A DNA stretch of 64,000 nt from Octopus sinensis. Lineage: Eukaryota. The translations under genes and the position numbers were made by a program. This document shows, one piece after another, positions 26,451 through 38,389 of this stretch (the first letter of the stretch is position 1; each line of letters begins with the position of its first letter). The stretch lies in assembly GCF_006345805.1 (NCBI RefSeq), contig NC_043009.1:59396001-59460000 (forward strand), written 5' to 3'. The notes under the pieces were generated by a model. The model ran no database searches. It was not told the DNA's origin and saw only the letters and a program-made list of their open reading frames with translations.

Positions 26451-28233
26451 TGTACCCATATATGCATGTATATTTACATATATGCGTAGGTATGTACATA
26501 TATGTATATATATATGGTATGTACATATTTGTGTATATGCAGGTGGCTGCAAACGAAGTTTCTTGCCCACGCAGTCATATCTCTACCACAGTTTAAATTA
26601 ATTAAGAGAGGCTACACTGCATGCCAGGTAGACAAAACGTTTTTGAATTTCTCGAATGACGACCGAACTGAATACTTCACAAGAAATGTCTGTCTTCGGA
26701 GATAGTAAATACTTTGGTTATCTGTTAAAGAATATCGCAGGTTGTTTTACGATTTAGAAATTTTCCGATTATTAAAATTTACATTGGACGATACAGCAAC
26801 CAATATTATTCTCAATCATAATAAAGCATTCACTTCGTTGGTCCTTGAACTTCCAAATAAACGGAGAGTAGTTGGTAGAGTTCTCATTGACGCTGTTTCT
26901 AAAGAAGTACAATCTTAAAGTCTCTAAAGATGAGTCCCATGTAGTTCTTTAAAAAAAATTGTCAGGCTGCGTAAGTGATACTCGATACACCATTCTTTGG
27001 GAAAACAAGCTTCAGTGGGTAAACAAGTGGAAAGATTTGAACCAGACGTGTGGTTTCGACTGTGATGCATCGCAATAAACACTATGTTTTCTAATATGTG
27101 CATTAACGAGCTTATAATATCTGTGCGTAAGCAGGAACTGGTACCGTACTTTGAGTAGTTAATTCCTAGATAATTCAAGAGACGTCTAACCTGAGGGTAA
27201 GGAGGCTAAAATTGGATTACTTTTTTTCCTCCTAAACGTACTCTTAATTGAGGTACTATGTGAGATAGTAAATGAACTAACTCCAGTCAAAAATTTACCG
27301 CTAAGGGATTCGCCAGACACACTGAATAACATCCTGATTTTATTGTCTACAAAGTTTCCAATAATAACTATGAGTTATTAGAACTTTTTATCGCTATGTA
27401 CACTCTCCTCCTTGGGTCTCCTATAGAGATGCTGCTTACCTGTCCTAAGGTCAATATAAACAGGAAATTTCCAACCCTAGTCTGTACCAATTACAACAAA
27501 CATACAAGTATCATAAACCTTTTAATCCAAACATTGTTGTGGTTAGCTATTCTTGCCTAGACAGTGAACATACATAAATATACGTGTGTGTGTACATATA
27601 TATATGCCAGCGTGTGTGTAAGCATATATATCGAGAGGAAGGAAGAGCAAGAAAAAGAAACACACACAGGCATATATATATATATATATATATTGCATAC
27701 ATATGTGTATGTGTAGAGTATGTATTCATGATATACACACATTTATGTATGTATGTATTTATGTATTTGTATGCTAACAAAAATATCTTGTCTTGACCGG
27801 GTTTAGTAACACCAAAAATAAATAGTCATATCCTATAAATTCCTTATGTTTTGGATAATTGGCTTTAGACGGATGCTAATAATAGTCAGCAGATCCTATA
27901 ATATTGATTCAATCGGAACTGTAGCAGCGAAATAGCTAAAAAAAATCTCCAAGTAAAACTTCTAAAAACTGCACACAAACGCATAAACAAGCAAATATAG
28001 ATTATAAGACTAAAATTTACTCAAAAATTATTCTATCTACTTTCGAGAAAAACATGATCTTTAATTCCATAATTTTTGTAATTACTTTAAATAAATAATT
28101 TTTTTAAATCTGTAAATTTTCCCCAGTATCTCTCGCAGCACTTCAGGGCATACAATATATTTAGAGATTTACTCTCGGAAACTAAATCTTCAGGCAACTT
28201 TTCTGCCAGGCCTCTGACCTTGAACTTGAAGAT

Positions 28234-28458
28234 TTGAACTTTTTCTTCGTCTTCTTCTTCTTCTTCTTCTTCTTTTTCTTCTTCGTCTTTCTTCTTCTTC
28301 TTCTTCTTCTTTTTCTTCTTCTTCTTCTTCTTTCTCTTCTCTTTTTCTTCTTCTTCTCTTTTTCTTCTTTTTCTTCTTTCTCCTTCTTTTCTTCTTCTTC
28401 TTCTTCTTCTTCTTCTTTTGCTTTCTTCTCTTCTTCTTCTCTTTTCTTCTCTTTTCTT

Positions 28459-28496
<38 letters not shown>

Positions 28497-28560
28497 GCTA
28501 CTACAGCTACCGCCATTGCTGCTGCTGCTGTTGATGTTGCCGATGTTGTTGTTACTGTTG
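28234..28560. repeat. (CTT)n/(CTA)n/(GCT)n compound array
   Basis: Triplet runs adjacent to the inverted-duplicated core at 28560-28645. Confidence 0.9.
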
Positions 28561-29655
28561 CTGCGCTTGTTGCAACAGTCTTCTCTTTCCTTTGCTGCGG
28601 GCTGCGTGATGTTATGTCTGTCAGTATAAACATGTTCACTCGCGTCGTTTGAAGAATTAAATTCATTCAGACAGAAAAAATGGAAATGCCATACCTACTT
28701 GAAGACTACAAAAATATTTACAAAACATTTTAATTTAATTTATTCGTCAATTTAATTGTCTTTCTTCTTAATTAATATCCACCTTTGTTTTTGAGAAAGT
28801 GGAAAGGACTGAAACCAGAACTAACCGTTATAACATTATTTTAACATTTTCTACGTTGTCTTATTTTCCTTACATATATATATATATATATATATTTCCA
28901 ATCATTCAATCCCGCTGTCCCCTATGCATTTCTCCTCTTTCCACGTGACCGGTATCCGGCCAGGCATAATCTTTCTTTCTTGGCCTGACTGCCGACCATC
29001 AAAACGTCTTGTGTCCATCTCCCATGTTCCTGAATTTGGGCTTTCATTCCATGCACGCCAGCTCAATTTTAATCGTTCTCAATCGAAATATGCCTGTTGT
29101 TATTTCTTGTTGTTTGTATTCGTAATTGTGTACTATGTTCTCCGTTTTATTTTGTCGTTTTTGTTGTACACATTCGCTAGCTTACTTAAGAAGGGGTCTA
29201 GTGTTCTTAGCATTAGACCCGTCTTTTTTGCCTATCCTTCTAATTGTTGTTTCTCTTGTCCGCATTTGTGTCGTCTATCTGTCCGAAAGTTTTAATGCCC
29301 TCTATTGCATTTTTTGTTCTATATATATATATATGCTTTACTCTGCATATGCGTATGCTTGTGTATGTCTGTGTGTGTGTGTGTGTGTTTTTTGTGTGTG
29401 TGTGTGTGTGTGTGTACATACGTGTATTTACAGATGTGTGTGCTCGTATTTACTTCCATGGTATGATGAAAACAGGTTTATATTAAACTGAAGGGTAATT
29501 CAATACTTCATTTAGAGTACATATTTATTATCCTTGAGCAGAGAAAGTATTAACATTGACTTCGAAAATTGCGAAGCGACCATCGGATTGTCCCATGATG
29601 GCTTAGGCAGATCCAAAGTTCGAAGTCACAATGTCAGTATTATTATTAAACAAAA

Positions 29656-29751
<96 letters not shown>

Positions 29752-29786
29752 GCAGACAGACAGACAAACAAACAGACACAAAGAGG

Positions 29787-29839
<53 letters not shown>

Positions 29840-29888
29840 GGATGGATAGATAGATAGATAGATGGATAGATAGATAGATAGATAGATG

Positions 29889-29921
<33 letters not shown>

Positions 29922-30037
29922 GTAGATAGAAATGCATGTACTTATGCCACTTTTAGAAGTGATTATATAATATATATATGTATCTATCTATATATATATA
30001 TGTATGTATGTATGTATGTATAGATATATATATTATA

Positions 30038-30075
<38 letters not shown>

Positions 30076-30103
30076 CTATCTATATATAATGTATGTATGT
30101 ATG

Positions 30104-30140
<37 letters not shown>

Positions 30141-30152
30141 CTATATATTATG

Positions 30153-30198
<46 letters not shown>

Positions 30199-30345
30199 AT
30201 ATATAGTATATATATATATATACCCGGGTGTATGCGTACAGCTATGTATATATGTACAAAGGCAGTAAGAAAGAGAGGTGAATGTGAAAATGTGTATTGG
30301 CTCGTATCATACCGCAACAGACATATGAACACATTCAAACGCACA

Positions 30346-30392
<47 letters not shown>

Positions 30393-30603
30393 CACACACA
30401 CACACAAAACACACACACACACAAAACACACACACACACACAAAACACACACACGCACACACACATACGGCAACACGAGTGAACATGTTTATACTGACAG
30501 ACATAACGTCCCGCAGCCCGCAGCAAAAGAAAGAGAAGACTGTTGCAACAAACGCGGCAACAATAACAACAACAGCAGCAGCAGCAACGGCGGCGGCGGC
30601 GGC

Positions 30604-30648
<45 letters not shown>

Positions 30649-30697
30649 GGTGGTGGTGGTAACGGTGGGGGGTGGTTGGTGCGGTGGTTGGTGGTGG

Positions 30698-30771
<74 letters not shown>

Positions 30772-30971
30772 GGGTGGTGTGGTGCAAGAATGTACAAGAA
30801 GCGGATCTCGTCAGAAAAAATACCTTTAGGTTCTTCACGTTCTGACCTTTGAAAGAGAAAACAATGACCTGAGAAAGTCAGAGGAGAATAAGATCTGTAT
30901 TGTGCTAATGCATTGTTTATTCACATATATATGAATGTGCAGACGTACGTGTGCATACATACATACATACA

Positions 30972-31006
<35 letters not shown>

Positions 31007-31079
31007 TATGTGAAATAGAAAGATGAATAATCTTGTAGTAGATTAATCAAAAGTTTAACCGATACCTTAGTAGCAAAAA

Positions 31080-31355
31080 TCACAGCAGTAAACAGCACGG
31101 TTGGAGGTACAACCATATGGTGTTGCAACCGTGCGTTGCATATGGCGACTGAAGGATACGAACTTAAGCTACAGGCTGGAATGGTCAATTTTGTCGGTGG
31201 CCCTCCCATTTGATAGGGGCGGAAGGCAGTGCAACCTTTGTGTCTCCGAACTCTTCCATATTTTGTTTGCCAGAGGCCGGATGGTAAACGGGCTTTTACA
31301 GCCGGCCTTTCGATGCCCCCATTGGCGGCGTTACACTTATCTGGCTTTTAAATAG
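31080..31355 (+). pseudogene. Penelope-like element GIY-YIG endonuclease C-terminal fragment
   Basis: CIWRLKDTNLSYRLEWSILS..CNLCVSELFHIL..RCPH matches the IW.LK..Y.I.W.IL..CNLC..E..C.H pattern I recognise from PLE GIY-YIG ends. Confidence 0.6.
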
Positions 31356-31941
31356 CGTTTATAAATAATACCGGCACCCATAGCCCTTGGTAACAAATTC
31401 TGAAATAGCCTTTAAGATATCTACGATTAACCACTGCAAGGGGAATTACTCCTGTAAGACAAACGGGGCTTGGTTTTTTCACAGCGGGGTGCTTCCTTGA
31501 CAAGGCAGGCTTAGATGAACACACACACACATAAAACATAATATATATATTTTTTTTTCTGCCACCCAACGGTTCTCGCGGCAGTAGCCACTGACAGCCG
31601 AACGATCAAACGCACACACGTACACAAAAAATGTTTTCTACCCCTACGCCAACACACACATATATAGAACAGTATACACACACACACGTCTCTAAGTAGA
31701 TTTTTTCTCGCCCCTTATAAAACATCCAATATTCCTTAAATAGTCAGAACTTTATTCTCGGTCACAAAGAACACCCACACACCCTCACCCACATGGTTGA
31801 CCGATGCCTGACCCGTTAAATTCTTCAGCCACCGGTTCTCAACATACACTGATAAACAGTTTCGCCATGGGCTCTTAGGAGCATAGTTCGATTTGTTTTT
31901 GCTCCGCCTCTGTTCTGTTTTTGTTTTTCCAACGGATTTCC

Positions 31942-32035
31942 TATTTTCTTCCTGAAGAGAAAGACACAATATGGTCCCATTATTCAATCGGATTTTGGTA
32001 ATTTGTGCCTTTCGAAACACGTGTAGAATGAAATA
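31942..32035 (+). ncRNA. Type I hammerhead ribozyme motif
   Basis: Stem I TATTTTCTTC/GAATGAAATA; core CTGAAGA 31952-58; stem II GAAAG/CTTTC; GAAA 32014-17; palindromic stem III ACACGTGT; GUA site, cut after 32025. Confidence 0.75.
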
Positions 32036-32093
32036 AAACGATTTCTGTTCAATCTGCGTTCAGCTCCATTTCTTCAATTCACCAATAATGTTT

Positions 32094-32180
<87 letters not shown>

Positions 32181-32191
32181 TATATATATAT

Positions 32192-32240
<49 letters not shown>

Positions 32241-32593
32241 GTGTGTGTGTATATGTATATAATATGTATGTATATGCATACATATACATATATATATATA
32301 TACATATATGTGTATGTGTGTGTATGTATATATATATATATATATCTTTATCTATGTATATATGTATGTATATTCAGATATCCATCGGCCCTTTCTGGTG
32401 ACGTCGATGTTCGCCTGGGGCTAAATGCAACAGTAACACCCCCACCACCCTGCCCTGTCCCTAGCCATATTCAGATGGCTTTAGTCCCTTATGTTATCGA
32501 GCAGTTACTGTCTATATCTCTTTTAGAGAATTATTATTGCTTTCGAACAGATTTTCGAAATCAGCAAATGTATTTTGCTTGAAAATCTATATA

Positions 32594-32834
32594 TGAGAGG
32601 CGCAATGGCCTAGTGGTTAGGGCAGCGGACTCGCGGTCGCAGGATCGCGGTTTCGATTCTCAGACTGGGCGTTGTGTGTGTTTATTGAGCGAAAACACAC
32701 TAAAAGCTCTACGAGGCTCGGCAGGGGGTGGTGATCCCTGCGCTGTACTCTTTCACCACAATGGCGTGCCCCAGCATGCCACAGCTCAAGAAGCTGAAAC
32801 TGGAAAAACAAAAAAAAAAAAAAACAAAAAAAAA
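32594..32834 (+). mobile_element. Family C tRNA-Arg(TCG)-like head joined to a family A-type tail and poly(A)
   Basis: GGCGCAATGGCCTAGTGGTTAGGGCAGCGGACTCG..GTTTCGATTC, then GGCGTGCCCCAGCATGCCACAG..GCTGAAAC..A-rich; possible TSD TGAA(A/T)ATC. Confidence 0.75.
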
Positions 32835-32876
32835 TGAATATCCTGCAGAGTGAGAATTCGTCGAGGAAGCGGAAGC

Positions 32877-32928
32877 CTACACACGCCGACGATAGGCAAT
32901 ACACCTTGAAACCATGGTCCGTGTGTGG
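32877..32928 (+). ncRNA. Type I hammerhead ribozyme motif, U4C core variant
   Basis: Stem I CTACACACG/CGTGTGTGG (9 bp, one G-U); core CCGACGA 32886-92; stem II AGG/CCT with a T.T closing mismatch; GAAA 32908-11; palindromic stem III ACCATGGT; GUC site, cut after 32919. Confidence 0.7.
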
Positions 32929-33699
32929 TTTCGCTTCATCGGGGAATTACCTCCCTATGCAGGTTAAAGGACACCGTGACGGTGTCGGGCCTTTCTGGGA
33001 CGTCGATGTTCGCCTGGGGCTAAATGCAACAGTAACACCCCACCACCCTGCCCTGTCCCTAGCCATATTCAGATGGCTTTAGTCCCTTATGTTATCGAGC
33101 AGTTACTGTCTATATCTCTTTTAGAGAATTATTATTGCATATATATATATATACTTATATACTTAAATGTTTATACATATAATGGTCACATGCGCATAAA
33201 ATACGCACACCTATATATATATATATATATACATACATACAGATGCGTGTCTATTCATGTGTGTATGTGTGTGTGTATGTGTGTGCATATGTGTCTGTGC
33301 ATGGGTGTGTGTCTGTGCATGTGTACGTGTCGGCGTCCGTGTGCTTGTTGAAGTCAAATAAATAATACGCGAAAAAAGAATCTCTGGAAAAAATAAAAGA
33401 TGAAACAAACAAGTAACAAAAAGAGTTACACAACGCGAAAATACATGACTGAAAAAGAGTAGAAATACAAAGCAAAATCGTAAGAAACAATCAAAAATGT
33501 GTACAACGTAGATAAAGACGGCAAGAGGAAGAAAGAGAAGAAAGTCTACCGTTTCGGGTGATAGTTGGAAAAAGGAAAAAGACATGTTACTGATTTTCGA
33601 ATTTAAAACATCTCTTTACAACGACTGGTCTAAAGGAAGAAATTAAGGTTATACATATGTGTACGTATATACGAAGTTATGGATATGTATATACTATAT

Positions 33700-33749
<50 letters not shown>

Positions 33750-34367
33750 GTGTACATATATATGTATATATATATATACGGATATATATATATAACATGC
33801 ATATATATATAGATATTATATATTACGTCTGTACATACTACTTATATATATATATTTACATATACTATACATATATGTATATATTTATCATATGTGTATA
33901 TAGCTTATTATATTATATAATATATATATTATATATATATATATATATAACATATATATTTATACATGTAAATATACAGATATAATATATATACATTATA
34001 AACATACACACACACACACACACACACATCTATATATATATATATATATATACATGTGTTTGTGAGTGTGTGCTTGCTTGTGTGCGTTTGTGTATTTGTG
34101 TATGCGTGTCTGTATATGTGTGTGCTTGTCTGTGTGTGCGTGTGTGTGTGTGGGGGTGTTTGTTTGAGTGCATATCTACCAAATGCACACTTGGTTAACT
34201 GAAGAAGAACCTGCAGATATTCTACCTGTAGTGTAATTTTATACTAATACCCGTGATTATTGAAGAACTTGTTTACTTAAGTAACTCTTTAAATACAAAC
34301 GCCGAGCAGTTGTGTTTTGTAGAAAGCGGTAAATCACAATTAGAAGCCCTCAAAGAAGTTATAAACA

Positions 34368-34398
<31 letters not shown>

Positions 34399-35010
34399 TA
34401 TAATCTTGTAGAAATTTAATCTATATTACACGCTAGCTTCGGCCATCGGCATTCACTGCGTCACTTTTCAATGGAGTTTATCGTTCACATTTAACTACCA
34501 GTGACCATTGTAACAAGCACAACAATAAACGTGACGCAAGCGGGAGACTGGAGAATATATATTATTGAATGCGGTTACTGAATGCGGTTCTAGCTGAAAT
34601 GCTTCGAGAAAACATTGATTCCTTCCACAAAAATATAAAAAAAATATACGCCTACTAGCCAGATACGATTTTACAAGTATTGATAAGAAACCAGCGAAGC
34701 TAATGTTGACGGTGATAAGCAACATTAGGGAGATATTGGATAGAAAATAGTAAAAAAAATAAGAAGAATGTTAATGAGTATGTGTTTGCATTCCCTTCCC
34801 AATTCTAAAGATTACTAGACAAGTAAACAAAGACTAATTAATTCGAACATTATTAACATGAATTTCTGAAATAAAACGAGAAGGAGTATTGTCTTAGAGA
34901 GCACCATCGTGTAGTGATACCAATCAAATGCCAACAAATAAAGAGTTGCGAAATACAACAGCAACAACATATTAGGACATAGTAAAAAAACATTAACCAT
35001 TCCCAAATAC

Positions 35011-35173
35011 AGGCGCAGGCGAGACTGTGTGGTAAGAAAAGTGCTTCTCAACTACGTGTCTCTGGGTTCAGTCCTACTGCATGACACCTTGGGCAAGTGT
35101 CTCCTACTGTAGCCCCGAGCCAACCAAAGCTTTGTGAGTGGATTTGGTAGACGGAAACTGACAGCCCGTCCGT
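35011..35173 (+). mobile_element. SINE family A, 5' half
   Basis: Head and core, ending at the internal (TA)n. Confidence 0.8.
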
Positions 35174-35235
35174 ATATATATTTACACATAATATATATAT
35201 TATATATAGATATATATATATATTATATATATATA

Positions 35236-35397
35236 CTTTATTTAAAGCAGCAGAAAATTCAACAAAACCTGTTACTCTGAGTTTCACGTTCCCGTTCGTC
35301 GGACAGTTTTTCCTAGAATAGAAAAACTGTCCGACGAACGGGAAACGTGAAACTCAGAGTAACAGGTTTGTTGATTTTCTGCTGCTTTAAAATAAAG
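35236..35397. repeat. ~77-bp-arm foldback (8-nt loop) of a pLTR-like repeat
   Basis: 35236-35312 is the near-exact reverse complement of 35321-35397. Confidence 0.9.
35323..35369 (+). ncRNA. Minimal type I hammerhead motif, U4C core (mirror copy on minus strand at 35264-35310)
   Basis: Stem I CTGT/ACAG; core CCGACGA 35331-37; stem II ACG/CGT; GAAA 35349-52; stem III ACTC-A-GAGT; GUA site, cut after 35361. Confidence 0.6.
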
Positions 35398-35473
35398 CAT
35401 ATTACTCTACCACTAGTATTTGAGTACTCTTTTTCCACCTGTTTCATATTTATGTGTTTACTCGGTATATATA

Positions 35474-35520
<47 letters not shown>

Positions 35521-35889
35521 CAAAATAAACAACAAGGATATCCAGAGGTATTTTGATAATAATCACCCCTTTGAATTATATGAATATTACCATAAATTCT
35601 GGTGCCTTTAACTTAAGTACCATATTCATCTGAATCTAAATTTTATTAAACTTATATATATATATATATATTTATATATAATGATGTGTATGTGTGTGTA
35701 TGTTTAAGGATCTAAGTGTAGGGAGTTTCTAGGGAGTTACAAACAGCGTTGTTCAGGAGCAATAATAATATCTTCGGCTTGATGAAGAAGCTAACTGGAA
35801 ACATTTTGTTGAGTAGTGATTACCTCAGAAGATCTGCTAGGTAGAAAACATGTAGCCTGAATTTTACCTGCCCCACTCCCTCAATTTGG

Positions 35890-35930
<41 letters not shown>

Positions 35931-35931
35931 T

Positions 35932-36020
<89 letters not shown>

Positions 36021-36022
<2 letters not shown>

Positions 36023-36836
36023 CGTGGTCTCATCTAGAAGTAACCGGACTGTTGCCATAGTAAAGAAGCTAAGGCACGTAGAGTGAAGCCGCTTGGCATA
36101 CATTGACTTTGAACTCTTTTGTGTATGCGCATTAAGTTTTAACGTTCTTACTCATTTCCGTTGTTTACAGCAGCGCTTGGAAGGAACGTGTGTAGCGTGT
36201 GATCATCGCATTCACCTTGAGTTTGCATCAAATTTTGCCAAGAGTTTGACGATACCTGCTCTGAGGTCTACTCAAAGTTGCAGAACGTGTATGGAGAGGA
36301 GTGTTTGAGCTGGAAAAAATGTTGATAGGGACAAGTGTTCTGGGAGACCCGCAACCAGCAAAGTTGAGAAAAACATTGCAGATGTTCATGCAGCCACGAG
36401 GGTGGGGGGAATCATCGAATCACCATTTGTGAATTATCAGAGAATGTGCAGATTAGTTATGGTTCAGTTCAGTCCATTATCACTGAAGATTTGGGTATGA
36501 GACACATGACAGCCAAGTTTGTGCCAAAACTGCTCTCAGCTGATAACATACCTGCTCATTCAGCACAGCTTGCATAGCAATTTTTGGCTAGGCATAGGAT
36601 TCCCCACGACAGCCACCATATTCTCCAAATCTTGCTCCTTGCGACTTTTTCCTCTTTACAAAAATCGAATCCAGCTTGGAGGAAAAAGATTTGAGGGCGT
36701 CGAAGAAATCAAAGTGAATGCGATGAGGTAACTGCTGATTATCCTAGAAAACAAGTTGCAGGAATGCTTCCATCAATGGAAACAGCGCTGAATTAAGTGT
36801 GTAGCTTCCGAAGGGGACTATTTTGAAGGCTGCTAA
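36021..36836 (+). mobile_element. Decayed, internally deleted mariner (DD34D-type) element
   Basis: Frameshifted transposase relics ..SKLQNVYGEECL.., ..EDLGM..AKFVPKLL, PPYSPNLAPCDFF, ..EGDYFEG*; TIR-like left end TACGTGGTCTCATCTAGAAGTAACCGGACT; right TIR not seen. Confidence 0.75.
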
Positions 36837-36944
36837 ATGCCAAATTGGTAGGTCTTGTGTAAAACGAGTGAGTTAATCGATCTTGCTAATTAAGAGTCTC
36901 AGATTCCTGTTGATCTCTTTCAGTTCCTTAAAAATATCTTCGTT

Positions 36945-37413
36945 GAGAGTGCGTCGTAAGAAGCTTACTTCTCAGCAACAATGCTGCGGGTTCAGTCCCA
37001 CTGCGAGGCACCTTAGGTAATTGTCTTGTACTATAGCCTCGGGCCGACCATAGATTTGTGAGTGGATTTGGTAGATGGAAACTGAAAGAAAGCCGTCATG
37101 TGTGTGTGTGTGTGTGTGTGTATGCGCGCGTGTCTGTCTGTATGCATGTATGTATGCATTTATGTATGTATATGGGTGTGTATAGTTGTGTGTCTGTCCT
37201 TGTTCCCCCACCATTGCTTAACAATCGATGTTGGTGCGTTTACGTTCCCGTAACTTAGCAGTTCGGCAAAAAAACCAATATAATAAGTGATAATCTTTTG
37301 AAATAATAAAAGAACTTCTGGGGTAGATTTGCTTGATTAAACCCTTCAGTACCGTGCCCCAGCATGGCCACAGTCTAATGACTGAAACAAGTAAAAAAAA
37401 AACAAAAGATAAA
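36945..37413 (+). mobile_element. SINE family A, diverged full length
   Basis: Head, core, internal (TG)n and CCCCAGCATGGCCACAG tail. Confidence 0.8.
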
Positions 37414-38008
37414 ATCTGGGTTGTAACGTAAGTCAGTCTGTCCTCAGAATAGAGTAGCCGTTAGGCAAACAAGCAGGCAATTCACTTAAAAATCAATCAG
37501 CTGTCTGAGGGCACAATCAATAATAATCAATAATAATAATCATAGCAGATATATATATATATATATATATTCATTCTGAAGAGAGTCTGGAATAAAGAAA
37601 AGTGTTTAATACGTATGTAATGTAGCCAGGATAAATCACAAAGAAATATTACACTAGCATTATACTATAACTATACACTGGCATTGGTAATATCATAGAG
37701 AGAACAAAAAACTGTAATAGAAAATGTTCAGGACAGGAAAGCACCAGAAAAAGACTTGATTGACGTCTATTGGTATGACAAAACAAAAAGATGTATTTTT
37801 TATCGGCGATATATTATGAACTTCTGCCAAAAATCTTTCAGTGGATATATAAATATATCAAGCTGGTTGGCATTGACAGAAGGAAGAAAGGTACGAAAGA
37901 AGAAAACCATTTTCATTGCGAAGAACTATCGATAATTTTTATGCCAAGATCTCAGCCTGTCTCAAGTTGTTCTTTGTCTTAACTGCTTTTGTTTGTTCAT
38001 TCTCGAGC

Positions 38009-38292
38009 CATGCCTGGCTCATTAGGACCGGTTTCCCGGTTTCCTTGGCGTATAAGTTCCCCAGCTGGACGGGACGCCAGTCAGTCGCAGGTGAGCTGCA
38101 AGATGCAGGAGGAAAAGGTGAGAGAACGTTGAGGCGAAAGAGTCAGCAGAAGTTCGCCATTACCTTCTGCCGGAACCGCGTGGAGCTTAGGTGTTTCGCT
38201 CATAAACACACACATCGTCCGGTCTGAGATTCGAACTCGCGATCCCTCTACCGCTAGTCCGCTGCTCTAACCACTATGCCATGTGGCTCCAC
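38009..38292 (-). mobile_element. SINE family C, full length
   Basis: Minus strand GTGGAGCCACATGGCATAGTGGTTAGAGCAGCGGAC..GAGTTCGAATCTCAGACCGG; homologous to 59181-59406. Confidence 0.8.
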
Positions 38293-38389
38293 TCTGTCTT
38301 AACTGTGATTGTAATATATTGTTTCCTAAGATCCAATTTAGTGGTTAGTCCAGCTGGATACATCCTAAATTGTCAGAATGAAAATGTAA

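Larger units (their letters stand above)
32385..33138 (+). repeat. ~150-bp near-identical direct repeats (32385-32540 and 32985-33138)
   Basis: GACGTCGATGTTCGCCTGGGGCTAAATGC..GAGAATTATTATTGC occurs twice, period ~600 bp. Confidence 0.9.

Noticed and set aside
26924-27178. 84-aa ORF with faint resemblance to a retroelement protein
   Set aside because: No diagnostic motif could be matched.
32594-32670. tRNA-Arg gene (and other tRNA-like heads)
   Set aside because: No complete cloverleaf or acceptor stem; each runs directly into a SINE body.
32905-32950. Antisense CCGATGA-AGC-GAAAC overlapping the 32877 hammerhead
   Set aside because: Stem II cannot form and stem I does not pair, so an ambisense ribozyme is not supported.
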